From an uncultured Actinomycetes bacterium (GTDB taxonomy: Bacteria; Actinomycetota; UBA4738; HRBIN12): 64,000 nt of DNA. Of the stretch, positions 21,210-32,700 are shown piece by piece. The notes under the pieces were generated by a model that had not been told where the DNA came from, did not search any database, and saw only the letters and a list, made by a program, of their open reading frames with translations. The stretch's first letter is position 1. Every line of letters begins with the position of its first letter. Position numbers and translations under genes: made by a program. The stretch is taken from positions 1 to 64,000 of the forward strand of contig CAVPIB010000004.1 in NCBI GenBank assembly GCA_963704885.1, written 5' to 3'.

Positions 21210-24200
21210 TCAGTCCGTGTCGTACGCGAGGTTCGGGCGGAGCCAGCGTTCGGCCTCGGTCATGCTCTCGCCCTGACGCCGCGCATAGTCCTCCAGTTGA
21301 TCCTTCGCGATCCGCCCCACGTTGAAGTAGCGGGCCTGCGGATGCGCGAAGTACAAGCCCGACACCGATGCCGCAGGCGTCATGGCACAGGACTCAGTGA
21401 GGTCCATCCCGATCACCCGAGCGTCCAACAGATCGAACAGCCGGCGCTTCTGGCTGTGGTCGGGGCACGCCGGGTAGCCGAACGCGGGGCGGATGCCCCG
21501 GTACCGCTCGGCGATCAGCTCGTCGTTCGGTTGGCGTTCGGCCTGATAGCCCCAGGCGATACGTGCCTCCTGGTGCAGGTGTTCGGCGAACGCCTCCGCG
21601 AGCCGGTCCGCGAGGGCCTTCGCCATGATCGCATGGTAGTCGTCGTGGTCGGCCTCGAAGCGCTTGACGAGATCGTCGAGCCCGAGGCCCGCGGTGACGG
21701 CGAAAGCGCCGAGGTGATCGCGCAACCCGGTCTCGGCCGGTGCCACGAAGTCCGCGAGTGAGCGCTTCGGTCGGTCGTCACCGGTCTCGGTCTGCTGCCG
21801 CAGCATCGGGAAGACGACCCCGTTGTCGAGCACTATGTCGTCGCCCTCGGAGTTCGCGGGCCAGAACCCGAATACCCCCCTTGCCTGGAGCAACGCCTCG
21901 GCTTCGATCTGGTCGAGTAGTTCGGTTGCGTGCTCGTAGAGCTCGCGCGCCGCCGCGCCGTGCGCTGGATGATCCAGGATCGCCGGGAAGCGCCCCTTCA
22001 GCTCCCAGGCCGTGAAGAAGAAGGTCCAGTCGATGGTGTCGCGGAGGTCCGCGAGGGCTGGCTCCGCGACGCGCGTCCCGGTGAACGACGGAACGGGGAG
22101 TTGCTCGGCCCGCCAATCGATCTCCGTCCGGCGTTCGCGTGCCTTGCGGTAGGGCAGGAGCGGTGTCTTCTCCCGCTCCGCATGCTGTCGCCTGAGGGTT
22201 TCCTGGAGCTCACGGTTCTGGCGATCGAGCTGGATCTTGCGTTCGGGGTCGAGCAACGACGAGACCACCCCGACCACGCGTGATGCATCGATCACGTGGA
22301 TCGTCTGCTGTCGATACTTCGGCGCGATCCGAACCGCGGTGTGCTGGCGCGAGGTGGTGGCGCCGCCGATCAGGAGGGGCAGATCCATCCCGCGCCGCTC
22401 CATCTCCGCCGCTACGTTCACCATCTCGTCGAGCGAAGGGGTTATCAGCCCCGAGAGACCGACGATGTCGCAGCGTTCCTTCAGGGCTGTGTCCAGGATC
22501 AGATCTGCGGGCGCCATCACCCCGAGGTCGATCACGGCGTAGTTGTTACACCCCAGCACCACGCCGACGATGCTCTTACCGATGTCGTGGACATCGCCCT
22601 TGACGGTGGCCAAGACGACCTTGGCCTGCACCCTGGCGGCGGCGCCGAGCGACCGCTTCTCGGCCTCCATGTACGGCTCCAGGTATGCGACCGCCCGCTT
22701 CATAGCGCGAGCGCTCTTGACGACCTGCGGCAGGAACATCTTCCCCGCCCCGAAGAGGTCGCCGACGATCTTCATACCGTCCATCAGCGGACCCTCGATC
22801 ACCTCTAGAGGGCGGTCGTAGAGCTGGCGCGCCTCCTCGGTGTCCTCCTCGATGAAGTCCACGATCCCGTGCACCAGCGCGTGGGAGAGACGCTGCTCCA
22901 CCGGCCCTTCGCGCCACTGCAGGTCCTGCTCTCGCACGACGCCGCCGCCCTTCACCGTTCCTGCGAACGCCACCATCCGTTCGGTGGCATCCGCGCGTCG
23001 GTTGAAGATGATGTCCTCCACGTGTTCCAAGAGGTCCTTCGGGATGTCGTCGTAGACCGGCAGCTGCCCCGCGTTCACGATCGCCATGTCCAGGCCAGCG
23101 GCGCGCGCGTGGTACAGGAACGCAGAGTGGATCGCCTGACGGACGGGCTCGTTCCCGCGGAACGAGAAGGAGAGGTTCGAAACGCCGCCCGACACCTTCG
23201 CGCCGGGGCACCGTAGCTTGATCTCGCGCGTGGCCTCGATGAACGCCTTGGCGAAGTCGCTGTGCTCCTCCATGCCAGTGGCGATCGCCAGGATGTTCGG
23301 GTCGAAGATGATGTCGGCGGGGTCGTAGCCCGCTTCCCGCGTGAGCACCCGGTAGGCGCGTTCGCAGATCTCGATCTTGCGGTCGACGGTGCCCGCCTGT
23401 CCTTGCTCGTCGAACGCCATCACCACGACAGCCGCGCCGTAGCGCTTGATCCGACGGGCCTTCGCGAGGAAGTCGTCCTCTCCTTCCTTCAAGCTGATCG
23501 AGTTCACGATGCCGCGACCCTGGACGCATTTCAGGCCGGCCTCGATCACCGACCACTTCGAGCTGTCGATCATGATCGGAACGCGTGCGATCTCGGGCTC
23601 GGTCGCGATCAGGTTCAGGAACGTCGTCATGGCCTTCTCGGAATCCAGAAGGTCGGCATCCATGTTCACGTCGATCACGTTGGCTCCGCTGCGGACCTGC
23701 TCGAGCGCCACGTCCACGCCGCTCTGGAGATCGCCGGACTCGATCAGCCTGCGGAACTTCGCCGAGCCCGTGATGTTCGTTCGTTCGCCGATCATCACGA
23801 AGCCGGTCTCGGGCGTGATCCGGAACGGTTCGAGGCCGCTGAACGTCGTGGATCGCTCATCGACCGCTGGGATCTCTCGCGGAGGGAGGTCGCGGACCGT
23901 CTCAGCGATCATGCGCACGTGGTCCGGCGTAGTGCCGCAACACCCGCCGACCACGTTCACCAGTCCCGCCCGAGCGAACTCTCCAAGGAGGCCGCTGGTG
24001 GTCTCGGGCATCTCGTCGAATCCTCCGAACGCGTTGGGCAGGCCAGCGTTGGGGTAACAGCTCGTGGGGACCGAGGCCACCCGTGAGAGCGACTCGATGT
24101 ACGGGCGCATCTCCGAGGCTCCGAGCGAGCAGTTGACCCCCACGATCGCGGGCTCCGCGTGCTCGATCGAGGTCCAGAACGCCTCGATCGTCTGGCCGGA

Positions 24201-24833
24201 GAGCGTGCGTCCACTCCTATCGACGATGGTCACCGAGATCCAACGGGGGAGTTCGGGCGCTACGTCCAAGGCGGCCGCGATAGCCGCCTTCGCGTTGAGC
24301 GTGTCGAAGATGGTCTCGATCAGTAGCAGGTCGACCCCGCCCTCGCGGAGTCCGCGGATCTGCTCGGCGTATGCCTCGTACACCTGGTCGAAAGAGATGG
24401 TTCGGAACGATGCCTCGTCGACCTTCGGGGACATGGACAGGGTGACGTTCAGCGGTCCGAGCGAGCCCGCGACGAAGCCGCCATGGCGATCCGCGGAGGC
24501 CCTTGCCAACCGGGCACCCTCCACGTTCATCTCGAACACGGCGTCCTGGAGCTCGTAGTCCGCCTGTCCGATCGACGTCGCGGTGAACGTGTTGGTCGTG
24601 GCGATATCGGCGCCGGCCTCGAAATAGGTGTCGTGGAGCTCCGAGACGATCCCCGGTTGCGTCAGGTTGAGGAGATCCGGGTCTCCCTTGACGTCGCGGG
24701 TGTGGTGGGCGAACCGCTCGCCGCGGAACTCCGACTCCGACAGTCCCCGGCCCTGCAGCAGCACACCCCAGGCTCCGTCCAGGATCACGATGCGCTCGTG
24801 CAGCAGCGCGGTCAGGGCTTGGGAGCGGTCCAC
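21210..24833 (-). CDS. metH: B12-dependent methionine synthase
   Basis: [55 protein letters not shown]. Confidence 0.97.
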   Translation of the reverse strand: MDRSQALTALLHERIVILDGAWGVLLQGRGLSESEFRGERFAHHTRDVKGDPDLLNLTQPGIVSELHDTYFEAGADIATTNTFTATSIGQADYELQDAVFEMNVEGARLARASADRHGGFVAGSLGPLNVTLSMSPKVDEASFRTISFDQVYEAYAEQIRGLREGGVDLLLIETIFDTLNAKAAIAAALDVAPELPRWISVTIVDRSGRTLSGQTIEAFWTSIEHAEPAIVGVNCSLGASEMRPYIESLSRVASVPTSCYPNAGLPNAFGGFDEMPETTSGLLGEFARAGLVNVVGGCCGTTPDHVRMIAETVRDLPPREIPAVDERSTTFSGLEPFRITPETGFVMIGERTNITGSAKFRRLIESGDLQSGVDVALEQVRSGANVIDVNMDADLLDSEKAMTTFLNLIATEPEIARVPIMIDSSKWSVIEAGLKCVQGRGIVNSISLKEGEDDFLAKARRIKRYGAAVVVMAFDEQGQAGTVDRKIEICERAYRVLTREAGYDPADIIFDPNILAIATGMEEHSDFAKAFIEATREIKLRCPGAKVSGGVSNLSFSFRGNEPVRQAIHSAFLYHARAAGLDMAIVNAGQLPVYDDIPKDLLEHVEDIIFNRRADATERMVAFAGTVKGGGVVREQDLQWREGPVEQRLSHALVHGIVDFIEEDTEEARQLYDRPLEVIEGPLMDGMKIVGDLFGAGKMFLPQVVKSARAMKRAVAYLEPYMEAEKRSLGAAARVQAKVVLATVKGDVHDIGKSIVGVVLGCNNYAVIDLGVMAPADLILDTALKERCDIVGLSGLITPSLDEMVNVAAEMERRGMDLPLLIGGATTSRQHTAVRIAPKYRQQTIHVIDASRVVGVVSSLLDPERKIQLDRQNRELQETLRRQHAEREKTPLLPYRKARERRTEIDWRAEQLPVPSFTGTRVAEPALADLRDTIDWTFFFTAWELKGRFPAILDHPAHGAAARELYEHATELLDQIEAEALLQARGVFGFWPANSEGDDIVLDNGVVFPMLRQQTETGDDRPKRSLADFVAPAETGLRDHLGAFAVTAGLGLDDLVKRFEADHDDYHAIMAKALADRLAEAFAEHLHQEARIAWGYQAERQPNDELIAERYRGIRPAFGYPACPDHSQKRRLFDLLDARVIGMDLTESCAMTPAASVSGLYFAHPQARYFNVGRIAKDQLEDYARRQGESMTEAERWLRPNLAYDTD

Positions 24834-24928
24834 GCATCAAACCCTAGCTTCCTGACGAACGGGCCGACCAGCGGTCACCTCCCGCTCAGCCGTTACCCCG
24901 GCATCGCGGTCCGGGGTAGGCTTCGACG

Positions 24929-25429
24929 GTGAGCCAGAGCATCCCCGACATGGTGTTACGACGCTCCGGCGCCTCCGTGCGCCGGCAGCCCGAGCAGCCG
25001 CTTCGGCGGACCCGGCGCGAAACGGCGGCCGCTCTGTCGCACGTCCCGCTCTTCGCCGGATTCTCGAAACGTGCCCTCGCTTCCCTCGCCGAGAACACCG
25101 ACGTCGTCTCGTTCTCGCCAGGTCAGAAGATCGTGGAGGAAGGGATGCTGGGAGAGGCGATGTTCGTGATCATGTCCGGCGAGGCGACCGTTCTGAAGGG
25201 AGACCGGCGGCTGGGCACCGTGCGGCCCGGGGATTTCTTCGGGGAAGTGGCCGTGCTCGACGGTTCGCCCCGGAGCGCCACCGTGGTAGCTACGACACCG
25301 CTGGTGGCGGTCAGGCTCTTCCGACGAACCTTCCTGCGTTTCCTGAAGGCCGAGCCTCAGCTGGCGATCAAGATCTTGGATGGGATCGTCCGCCGGATGC
25401 GGGCGCTGACCAGCTCCCTCGACGCCTAG
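24929..25429 (+). CDS. Stand-alone cyclic nucleotide-binding domain protein
   Basis: VPLFAGF, GDFFGEVAVLDGSPRSATV; no HTH domain. Confidence 0.88.
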   Translation: MSQSIPDMVLRRSGASVRRQPEQPLRRTRRETAAALSHVPLFAGFSKRALASLAENTDVVSFSPGQKIVEEGMLGEAMFVIMSGEATVLKGDRRLGTVRPGDFFGEVAVLDGSPRSATVVATTPLVAVRLFRRTFLRFLKAEPQLAIKILDGIVRRMRALTSSLDA

Positions 25430-26349
25430 TCGGCCAGGACGCGCTCGATCTCTGCGAGCGAGCCCTGTTCTAGCGCGACGTCACCCGCCGCCGCGTTCTC
25501 CCGCGTGTGCCCAGGATCGCGGCTGCCGGCGATAGCCGAGGTCACGCCGGGCTGGGCCACGTTCCAGGCGAGGGCGAGCTGGGCCATGGTGATCCCGAGA
25601 GCTTCGGCGATCGGACGAAGGCCATCGACGATCGCGAGGTCGCGTTCGAGCTTGCCGTCCGAGAAAGGTCCCTCCTCCTCGGTCCGGCGCCAATCCGAGG
25701 TGGCCTTCGCGTGTGCCTCGGAGATCTTTCCCGAAAGGAGTCCGAAACCAAGCGGACCGTAGGAGACGACGCCGGTTCCGACCTGGCCGCACCACTCGAT
25801 CAGACCGCGATCGTGGAGGGCCAGCATCGAGAACTCCTGCTGGAGCGAGTCGACGTGACGGACCGACTCGCAACGACGGATCGCTCCCTCATCGAGATTG
25901 GACACACCGATCCAGCGAACGAGCCCGGCGTCCTGGAGGGCCGACATGGCTCCCCAAGACTCCTCCACCGGGATCTCGTCGTCCTTCCAGTGCAACTGGT
26001 AAAGGTCGATCACGTCCAGGCTGAGTCGTCCCATTGATACCCCGCACGCCGAGCGGATCTGTTCCGGCCGGAACCCCGACCCCTCCGGCGCCGGAGCCAC
26101 CTTCGAGGCGATGAGGACCTGGTCCCGACGATCGGAGATCGCGCGTCCTACCAGCCTCTCCGACTCGCCGTCACCGTAGACCTCGGCCGTATCGATCCAG
26201 TCGATGCCGGCATCGAGGCCCGCATGGATCGCCCGGATGACGGCGTCGTCCGACTCGTTGGCCCCCCAATCGTCGCCTCCCGCTTCCCATGCGCCGTAGC
26301 CGATAACGCTCATCGCTGGGCCGTTCGATCCGAGGCGGCGCGTTCGCAT
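25426..26349 (-). CDS. Aldo/keto reductase
   Basis: IDTAEVYG, IDLYQLHW, IGVSN, AQLALAW. Confidence 0.93.
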   Translation of the reverse strand: MRTRRLGSNGPAMSVIGYGAWEAGGDDWGANESDDAVIRAIHAGLDAGIDWIDTAEVYGDGESERLVGRAISDRRDQVLIASKVAPAPEGSGFRPEQIRSACGVSMGRLSLDVIDLYQLHWKDDEIPVEESWGAMSALQDAGLVRWIGVSNLDEGAIRRCESVRHVDSLQQEFSMLALHDRGLIEWCGQVGTGVVSYGPLGFGLLSGKISEAHAKATSDWRRTEEEGPFSDGKLERDLAIVDGLRPIAEALGITMAQLALAWNVAQPGVTSAIAGSRDPGHTRENAAAGDVALEQGSLAEIERVLAD

Positions 26350-26462
26350 GCCGAGCCACCTTAGCGGAGAAGTTGTGTCGGTCCAGGTCCGAAGGCCATC
26401 CGCGCGCTAAGGTAGATGGCAGAGTCATCCATCTGCCAAGGAGCCACGCCGCAAGGCCTGAG

Positions 26463-28304
26463 ATGCCCAAGACCGTCCAGGAGAAGGAACGCGTCGTCGT
26501 CCGGTTCGCCGGAGACTCCGGCGATGGTATGCAGTTGACGGGCGACCGATTCACCAGCGCCACCGCGGTGCTCGGCAACGACCTGGCGACCCTCCCGGAC
26601 TTCCCAGCCGAGATCCGGGCGCCTGCGGGCACGGTCCACGGGGTCTCCGCGTTCCAGATCCAGTTCGCCTCGTCCGACGTCGCCACCCCTGGTGATCACG
26701 CGGACGTCCTGGTGGCCATGAACCCCGCGGCGCTCAAGGCCGATCTCGACAAGGTGGTCAAGGGCGGCACCGTCATCTTGAACGAGGATGCCTTCACGCC
26801 CCGCAATAACCAGAAGGCCGGATTCTCGAGCGATCCCACGTCGGACGGAACGCTCGAGGGCTTCCAGATCTTCAAGGTGCCGATGACGTCGATCACGGTG
26901 CGCGCCACCGAGGACCTGGGGATCGGGAAGAAGGAGGCCGAGCGTGCCAAGAACATGTTTGCGCTCGGGCTGCTGTCCTGGATGTACGGGCGCCCTACCG
27001 AGACCACCATCGGTTGGTTGGAACGGAAGTTCGGCGGCAAGCAGGAGATCTTGGATGCGAACGTGGCGGCCTTCAAGGCCGGCTACAACTTCGGCGAGAC
27101 CACCGAGTTGTTCGCGCAGTCGTACACGGTCAAGGCGGCTCCGGCGGAGCCCGGCCTGTATCGGAACGTCGCAGGTTCAACGGCGCTCTCATGGGGGCTG
27201 ATCGCCGCCAGCCGAAGGAGCGGGCTGCCCCTGTTCTACGCCAGCTATCCGATCACGCCGGCCTCCGAGTTGCTGCACGAACTGTCCCGCCACAAGAACT
27301 TCGGCGTGGTGACCTTGCAGGCCGAGGACGAGATCGCGGCCGCGAACATGTCGCTGGGGGCGGCGTTCGCTGGCCACCTCGCGGTGACCGGCACCAGCGG
27401 ACCCGGCATGGACCTCAAGGCCGAGACCTTGGGGCTGGCGGTGATCATGGAGCTGCCGCTCGTCATCGTGGACGTTCAGCGCGGAGGCCCTTCCACCGGT
27501 CTGCCCACTAAGACCGAGCAGAGCGATCTGCTGCTGGCCATGTTCGGTCGTCACGGTGAATCGCCGATGCCGGTCGTCGCCGCCTCATCGCCCGCAGATT
27601 GCTTCGACACCGCGCTCGAAGCGGTCCGCATCGCGGTGACCTACAGAACGCCGGTGATCGTCCTGGCCGACACGTTCTTGTCCAACTCATCCGAGCCTTG
27701 GAAGATCCCCGACATCGATACCCTCCCCGTCATCGAGCCGCGGTTCGCCACGTCGCCGTCGAACGGCGAGGGGTTCCTGCCGTACTCGCGCGACGACAGG
27801 TTGGCTCGTCCATGGGCCTTGCCCGGCACGCCGGGTCTGGTGCATCGGATCGGCGGGTTGGAACGTGAGGACGGCACCGGCAACATCAGCTATGACGCTC
27901 AGAACCACGAGCGCATGACTCACCTTCGCGCCGAGAAGGTGGCCGGGATCACGCGGGATATCCCATCCCTAGTCGTAGAGGATCCGGATGGAGACGCCGA
28001 GATCCTGGTGCTGGGGTGGGGCTCCTCGCTCGGGACGATCCGTGCCGCCGCCCGGCGGGTCCGCGACCGGGGGCGCGCCGTTGCCACCGCACACCTGCGC
28101 CACCTCAATCCTTTCCCGTCGAACACCGGCGATGTGGTGAAGGCATACAGGCAGGTGTTGATCCCGGAGATGAACTCAGGCCAGCTCTCGTTGCTGATCC
28201 GCGCGAGGTTCCTGGTCGACGCCGCGAGCTTCACCAAGGTCCAGGGCATCCCGATCTTCGCGGAGGAGCTGGAGCAGGAGGTCCTGCGGGTGCTGGATGA
28301 GTGA
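26463..28304 (+). CDS. korA: 2-oxoacid:acceptor oxidoreductase alpha subunit
   Basis: RFAGDSGDGMQLTG, YPITPAS, QAEDEIAA, QRGGPSTGLPTK. Confidence 0.9.
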   Translation: MPKTVQEKERVVVRFAGDSGDGMQLTGDRFTSATAVLGNDLATLPDFPAEIRAPAGTVHGVSAFQIQFASSDVATPGDHADVLVAMNPAALKADLDKVVKGGTVILNEDAFTPRNNQKAGFSSDPTSDGTLEGFQIFKVPMTSITVRATEDLGIGKKEAERAKNMFALGLLSWMYGRPTETTIGWLERKFGGKQEILDANVAAFKAGYNFGETTELFAQSYTVKAAPAEPGLYRNVAGSTALSWGLIAASRRSGLPLFYASYPITPASELLHELSRHKNFGVVTLQAEDEIAAANMSLGAAFAGHLAVTGTSGPGMDLKAETLGLAVIMELPLVIVDVQRGGPSTGLPTKTEQSDLLLAMFGRHGESPMPVVAASSPADCFDTALEAVRIAVTYRTPVIVLADTFLSNSSEPWKIPDIDTLPVIEPRFATSPSNGEGFLPYSRDDRLARPWALPGTPGLVHRIGGLEREDGTGNISYDAQNHERMTHLRAEKVAGITRDIPSLVVEDPDGDAEILVLGWGSSLGTIRAAARRVRDRGRAVATAHLRHLNPFPSNTGDVVKAYRQVLIPEMNSGQLSLLIRARFLVDAASFTKVQGIPIFAEELEQEVLRVLDE

Positions 28305-29325
28305 GACCGAGACCGACACCTTCGTCGGCACGCTGAAGAAGAAGGACTTCACGTCCGACCAAGAGGTCCGCTGGTGTCCGGGGTGCGGTGACTACGCCAT
28401 CTTGTCGGTCGTTCAGGGTTTCATGCCGGAGCTGGGGATCGAGCCGCACAAGACCGTGTTCGTCTCAGGGATCGGATGCAGCGGGCGGTTCACGTACTAC
28501 ATGGATACCTACGGCATGCACGGCATCCATGGGCGAGCTCCGGCGCTCGCCACAGGGATCGCCACCGCCAACCCGGATCTGTCTGTCTGGGTGGTCACGG
28601 GCGACGGCGACGGGCTGTCGATCGGCGGCAACCACTTGATCCACGCCCTCCGCCGCAACGTGAACCTCAAGATCTTGTTGTTCAACAATCAGATCTACGG
28701 GCTCACCAAGGGTCAGTACTCGCCTACGAGCGAGGAAGGGAAGGTCACGAAGTCCACGCCCTTCGGGTCGGTCGACCACCCGTTCAATCCGATCGCCCTC
28801 GCTCTGGGGGCCGAAGCGACGTTCGTGGCCAGGACACTCGACAACGACCGGCAACATCTGACAGACGTCCTTCGGCAGGCGGCAGCTCACCAGGGGACGG
28901 CGTTCGTCGAGATCTACCAGAACTGCAACGTCTTCAACGACGGGGCGTTCGACCTGCTTCGCGAGAAGGCGCAGGGGACCCACAACCAGATCCGCATGAC
29001 CCACGGAGAGCCGATCGTGTTCGACGAGGGCACTCGATGCGTGACGGTGGGAGAGAACGGACGCCTGGTGATCGCGAACACCTCCGACACTCCCGAGGAC
29101 CGGATCATCGTCCACGACACCCACGGGAGACCATCCCTGGCGTTCGCGCTCGCGCACCTTTCGCACGGGCCTACCGAACCGACCTGCATCGGTGTCTTCC
29201 GGGAGTTCGAACGGCCGGTCTACGGTCAAGCGATCCACGAACAGATGGAGCGCGCCACCGAGCGACTGGGCAAGGGCGACCTGGACACGCTGCTTCGCTC
29301 CGGGGATACCTGGTCCGTCCCGTAG
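28297..29325 (+). CDS. korB: 2-oxoacid:ferredoxin oxidoreductase beta subunit
   Basis: WCPGCGD, SGIGCS, GDGD TPP motif, YGLTKGQYSPT. Confidence 0.9.
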   Translation: MSETETDTFVGTLKKKDFTSDQEVRWCPGCGDYAILSVVQGFMPELGIEPHKTVFVSGIGCSGRFTYYMDTYGMHGIHGRAPALATGIATANPDLSVWVVTGDGDGLSIGGNHLIHALRRNVNLKILLFNNQIYGLTKGQYSPTSEEGKVTKSTPFGSVDHPFNPIALALGAEATFVARTLDNDRQHLTDVLRQAAAHQGTAFVEIYQNCNVFNDGAFDLLREKAQGTHNQIRMTHGEPIVFDEGTRCVTVGENGRLVIANTSDTPEDRIIVHDTHGRPSLAFALAHLSHGPTEPTCIGVFREFERPVYGQAIHEQMERATERLGKGDLDTLLRSGDTWSVP

Positions 29326-29332
29326 GAACGCC

Positions 29333-30517
29333 TCAGATCTCTGGGGCGCGGAACCTAGCGAGCGCATCGGCCGAGAGCAACTCGACCTGACGTAGCTCAT
29401 CGACGACCCCGGGCAGGACATCGATCAAGAGGTCGACGTCTCTATCGGTCGTGCCCGGACCAAGGCTGACTCGGAACCCGGAGGTGTTCGGCAGGCCGAT
29501 CTGTTCCAGCACCGGTGACGGATCGTCGGGCTGTCCCGAGCAGAGCGATCCCGCCGCAAGCCGGATGCCACGGTCGTCGAGCGCCATCATCAGGGCGGCC
29601 GGGTCCAGTCCCTCGACGCTGAAGCACACGATGTGAGGGGTCCGGTGCGTGGGATGACCGTGGACCCGTGCCCCGGGAACGCTGCCCGCTATCGCGTCCC
29701 TCAGCTTGCCGGAAAGCGCCCAATCGCGCGCGGCCCGGTCGGCCATGTCGGCGAGCGACGCCGTGAGCGCCGCGGCCATACCCGCTATCCCCGGGGTGTT
29801 CTCCATGCCCGACCGACGCTTGCGCTCGCGGTCGTCACCGCACGGGTACGCGGTTACCCCCACACCGCGACGGACGTAGAGAGCTCCAACCCCGGGAGGG
29901 CCACCGAACTTGTGCGCAGATAGGGACAGGAAGTCGACATCCAAAGCCTCGACGTCGACCGGGAGCCTGCCGACCGTCTGGCAGGCGTCGGTATGGAACC
30001 GTACGTGGGCACCGCGAGCGAGCCGGGCCGCCTCGGCCACCTGCTGCAGGGTGCCCAGCTCATGGTTCGCGTGTTGGACGCTCGCCAGGAGCGTGCCCGG
30101 CCGACGTATCTCCGTCGCGTACCGGTCCATGTCGATCCGGCCCACGCCGTCGACCGGGATCAACTCCACCTCGAACCCGTCGCTCTCAAGGACGTGGCAC
30201 ACGCCGCCGACCGACGGATGTTCGACCGCCCCTACGACCAGCCGTTTCCCCAGTTCGCGGATCGCTCGCACCCCACCCCAGATCGCGAGCGCCACCGACT
30301 CGGTCCCCCCCGAGGTGAACACGATCTCGTCGGGCTGGGCGCCGATCCCGGCTGCGATCACGGCCCGTGCGTCGTCGATCACCGCGCGAGCTCTGCGGCC
30401 CGGAGCGTGGATGTTCAGCGGGTCGCCGAAGGCGTCGAGCGCGGCGATCGTCGCCTCCCGTGCCGCCGGGAGGAGCGGGGTGGCGGAGGCGGCGTCCAGG
30501 TAGATGTCGTTCGTCAC
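29333..30517 (-). CDS. IscS/NifS-like cysteine desulfurase
   Basis: [41 protein letters not shown]. Confidence 0.87.
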   Translation of the reverse strand: MTNDIYLDAASATPLLPAAREATIAALDAFGDPLNIHAPGRRARAVIDDARAVIAAGIGAQPDEIVFTSGGTESVALAIWGGVRAIRELGKRLVVGAVEHPSVGGVCHVLESDGFEVELIPVDGVGRIDMDRYATEIRRPGTLLASVQHANHELGTLQQVAEAARLARGAHVRFHTDACQTVGRLPVDVEALDVDFLSLSAHKFGGPPGVGALYVRRGVGVTAYPCGDDRERKRRSGMENTPGIAGMAAALTASLADMADRAARDWALSGKLRDAIAGSVPGARVHGHPTHRTPHIVCFSVEGLDPAALMMALDDRGIRLAAGSLCSGQPDDPSPVLEQIGLPNTSGFRVSLGPGTTDRDVDLLIDVLPGVVDELRQVELLSADALARFRAPEI

Positions 30518-30526
30518 TCGCGGCCC

Positions 30527-31216
30527 TCAGGGCGTGGCCGGCTCCCGATCCCTCAGGAACAAGCTCCAGTAGGAGACGCCCGCCAGAACACCGCCGGCGA
30601 TGGGTCCGACGATCCACACGTACCAATCGGCCCACTGGCCGGCGGCGAGCGCTGGACCGAACCAGCGAGCAGGGTTGAACGCGGCACCCGTGAACGGCCC
30701 GATCGCCAAGATGCCGAAGGTGATCGTTAGACCGATCGTGAACCCCGCCGTCTTGGCGAAAGGTCCGCGATCGTCTACGACGGTGGCGAAGACCGCCCAG
30801 ACGAGGAAGAACGCGCCCACCGCCTCCATCAGGATCCCCTTACCGGCGCTCATGCCCCCGCCTAGTGTGGCCGCTCCTCCTGCTCCCGCCTCGTAGATGC
30901 CGGTGGGCACGAGGAACTTCAGCAGGTAGGCGGCGGCGATGGCACCGAGCATCTGGGCCGCGATGTAGGCCGCCGTTCGCGACGAGGACATCTTGCCCGT
31001 CACCCAGAGCGCGATCTGGATCGCGGGGTTGAACACGCCCCCGGACAGGTGGCCCATCTGCGACACCATGATCGCGATCACCAGCCCGTGAGCGAGCGCC
31101 ACCCCAACCAGATCCAGCTGGCCGTTCAACGCCAGGATCACCGAACCCGCACCGAAGAAGATGAGCGCGAACGTCCCGATGAACTCCGCCACGACGGCCT
31201 TGCCGGTGTTCTCCAT
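30527..31216 (-). CDS. MIP family aquaporin
   Basis: Two NPA motifs (FNPAIQ, FNPARW), AEFIGTF. Confidence 0.93.
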   Translation of the reverse strand: MENTGKAVVAEFIGTFALIFFGAGSVILALNGQLDLVGVALAHGLVIAIMVSQMGHLSGGVFNPAIQIALWVTGKMSSSRTAAYIAAQMLGAIAAAYLLKFLVPTGIYEAGAGGAATLGGGMSAGKGILMEAVGAFFLVWAVFATVVDDRGPFAKTAGFTIGLTITFGILAIGPFTGAAFNPARWFGPALAAGQWADWYVWIVGPIAGGVLAGVSYWSLFLRDREPATP

Positions 31217-31322
31217 GGCCTCCCCCTAGGTGATCGGTCGTGAGGCCGGAGGGTAGCCCACGGCTCGGCGTCCCGCCAAGACGCGCCGAAGTGGCAGATA
31301 AGGCCCGTAGTACCATGCCGCC

Positions 31323-31709
31323 GTGGACGTCCTGCTCATGTCGCCCGACGCAGAGTCGCGCGATCTGATGGCGCTTGCCGTTCGAAGCATCGAGCGGCGG
31401 ATCGGGTCGACCCTTCGGTTCCGCGCCGCGAAGAACGGAGAGCTGGCCATCCGCGCAGCGCTCCGTGATCGTCCGGACATAATCGTCGCCGATGAGATCG
31501 CGAGTCGGGCGGGCGCGTTCGCGTTGGCGAAGTCCCTCCGCGACAACGCTTCGCCGTTCACGGGCGTCATCGTGATCCTGCTGGAGCGCAAGCAGGACGC
31601 GTGGCTGGCCCGTTGGTCCGGCGCCGATGCTTGGTTCGTCAGACCGGTCGACCCGTTCGAGCTCGCGGACCGAGTCCTTGAGCTCGTCACCCAGGAGGAG
31701 AGTGCGTGA
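31323..31709 (+). CDS. Atypical stand-alone receiver-domain protein
   Basis: PDIIVAD, DAWLARWSGADA, RPVDPFEL (KP replaced by RP). Confidence 0.75.
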   Translation: MDVLLMSPDAESRDLMALAVRSIERRIGSTLRFRAAKNGELAIRAALRDRPDIIVADEIASRAGAFALAKSLRDNASPFTGVIVILLERKQDAWLARWSGADAWFVRPVDPFELADRVLELVTQEESA

Positions 31710-31993
31710 AGATCAAAGGAACGTGTAAACGCGACGGCCGTGACCTCATGATCGAGCAGGTGGTGGCCGCGGGGGGCGAGTGCCCATGGGACGGCGAGCC
31801 GTTCAACGCCGACTACGCCGCGACGTTGGTCGACGCCTTGGAACGCGCGGAGGCGGCCGGCTCTGCCCTAGAGGAGGCGCTCGGTACCATCGCGGACCTG
31901 AACCCGGAGTTCACGCTGCTGGGCGACTCCGTGATCGAGCCGCTCCGCCAGCAGATCGCCCGCCTCGATGCTCGCCTGGTGCGCCGCGGCTGA
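31706..31993 (+). CDS. Hypothetical protein with two CxxD motifs
   Basis: GGAGGAG SD, GTGA coupling; CKRD and CPWD. Confidence 0.7.
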   Translation: MKIKGTCKRDGRDLMIEQVVAAGGECPWDGEPFNADYAATLVDALERAEAAGSALEEALGTIADLNPEFTLLGDSVIEPLRQQIARLDARLVRRG

Positions 31994-32000
31994 GGCTCGA

Positions 32001-32204
32001 GTGGCAGACCCGGCGAGCGACTACGCGGTCCGGATCCTCGACGCCCCCGACGGGTGGCGCGTGGCCATCGAGGACCCGACCGGCGCCGTCGTGTTGGAGC
32101 GGGCGTGCCGCGATGGATCGGAGGCTCGGACGTTCGCGTCGACCGTTCGCCAGCACCTCTACTGGCTGTCACCCGAGAAGTTCCGTTCGTATTACCGGAT
32201 CTGA
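32001..32204 (+). CDS. Small hypothetical protein
   Basis: GTG 32001 just after the previous stop; protein-like composition, fills the operon gap. Confidence 0.65.
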   Translation: MADPASDYAVRILDAPDGWRVAIEDPTGAVVLERACRDGSEARTFASTVRQHLYWLSPEKFRSYYRI

Positions 32205-32217
32205 AGGAGACCCGAGC

Positions 32218-32325
32218 ATGGGGTTCAACGCGATGCAACCCGGCAAGATCAAGCGGGGGGACCTGATCATGCTGGTGGTGGCAGTGGTCGTGGTGGTCGC
32301 CCTCATCTTTTGGGCGGTCGGCTGA
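32218..32325 (+). CDS. 35-aa single-TM peptide
   Basis: AAGGAG SD; MGFNAMQPGKIKRGDLIMLVVAVVVVVALIFWAVG. Confidence 0.65.
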   Translation: MGFNAMQPGKIKRGDLIMLVVAVVVVVALIFWAVG

Positions 32326-32328
32326 GGT

Positions 32329-32694
32329 GTGCCCGAGCCTGGCGACCTGGACTTCGGCTATCTGACGACGACCGGGCGAGTCACCGGACGATCCCACGAG
32401 ATCGAGATCTGGTTCGCCCTTCAGGATCGGACGGTGTACCTCTTGTCGGGCGGGCGAGACGGGAGCGACTGGGTGCAGAACCTGATCGCTTCCCCCTTGG
32501 TCCAGTTCCGGATCGGGGACGTGACGTGCTCCACGACCGCGCGGGTGGTGGAGGCCGGGACGGACGAGGACGCCACGGCGCGGCAGCTGCTGGTCCACAA
32601 GTACACGTCACGCGACCCGGACGATCTGGGCGAGTGGGGCCGGACGGCGCTCCCGGTCGCTATCGTGTGGGAGCCCGATCCTCCACTAGTCTGA
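32329..32694 (+). CDS. Deazaflavin (F420)-dependent nitroreductase-like split-barrel protein
   Basis: LTTTGRVTG, SDWVQNLIASP. Confidence 0.82.
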   Translation: MPEPGDLDFGYLTTTGRVTGRSHEIEIWFALQDRTVYLLSGGRDGSDWVQNLIASPLVQFRIGDVTCSTTARVVEAGTDEDATARQLLVHKYTSRDPDDLGEWGRTALPVAIVWEPDPPLV

Positions 32695-32700
32695 GTCAGA

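Noticed and set aside
24834-24928. SAM or cobalamin riboswitch before metH
   Set aside because: Only 95 bp, with -10-like hexamers abutting both divergent starts; no room for a leader
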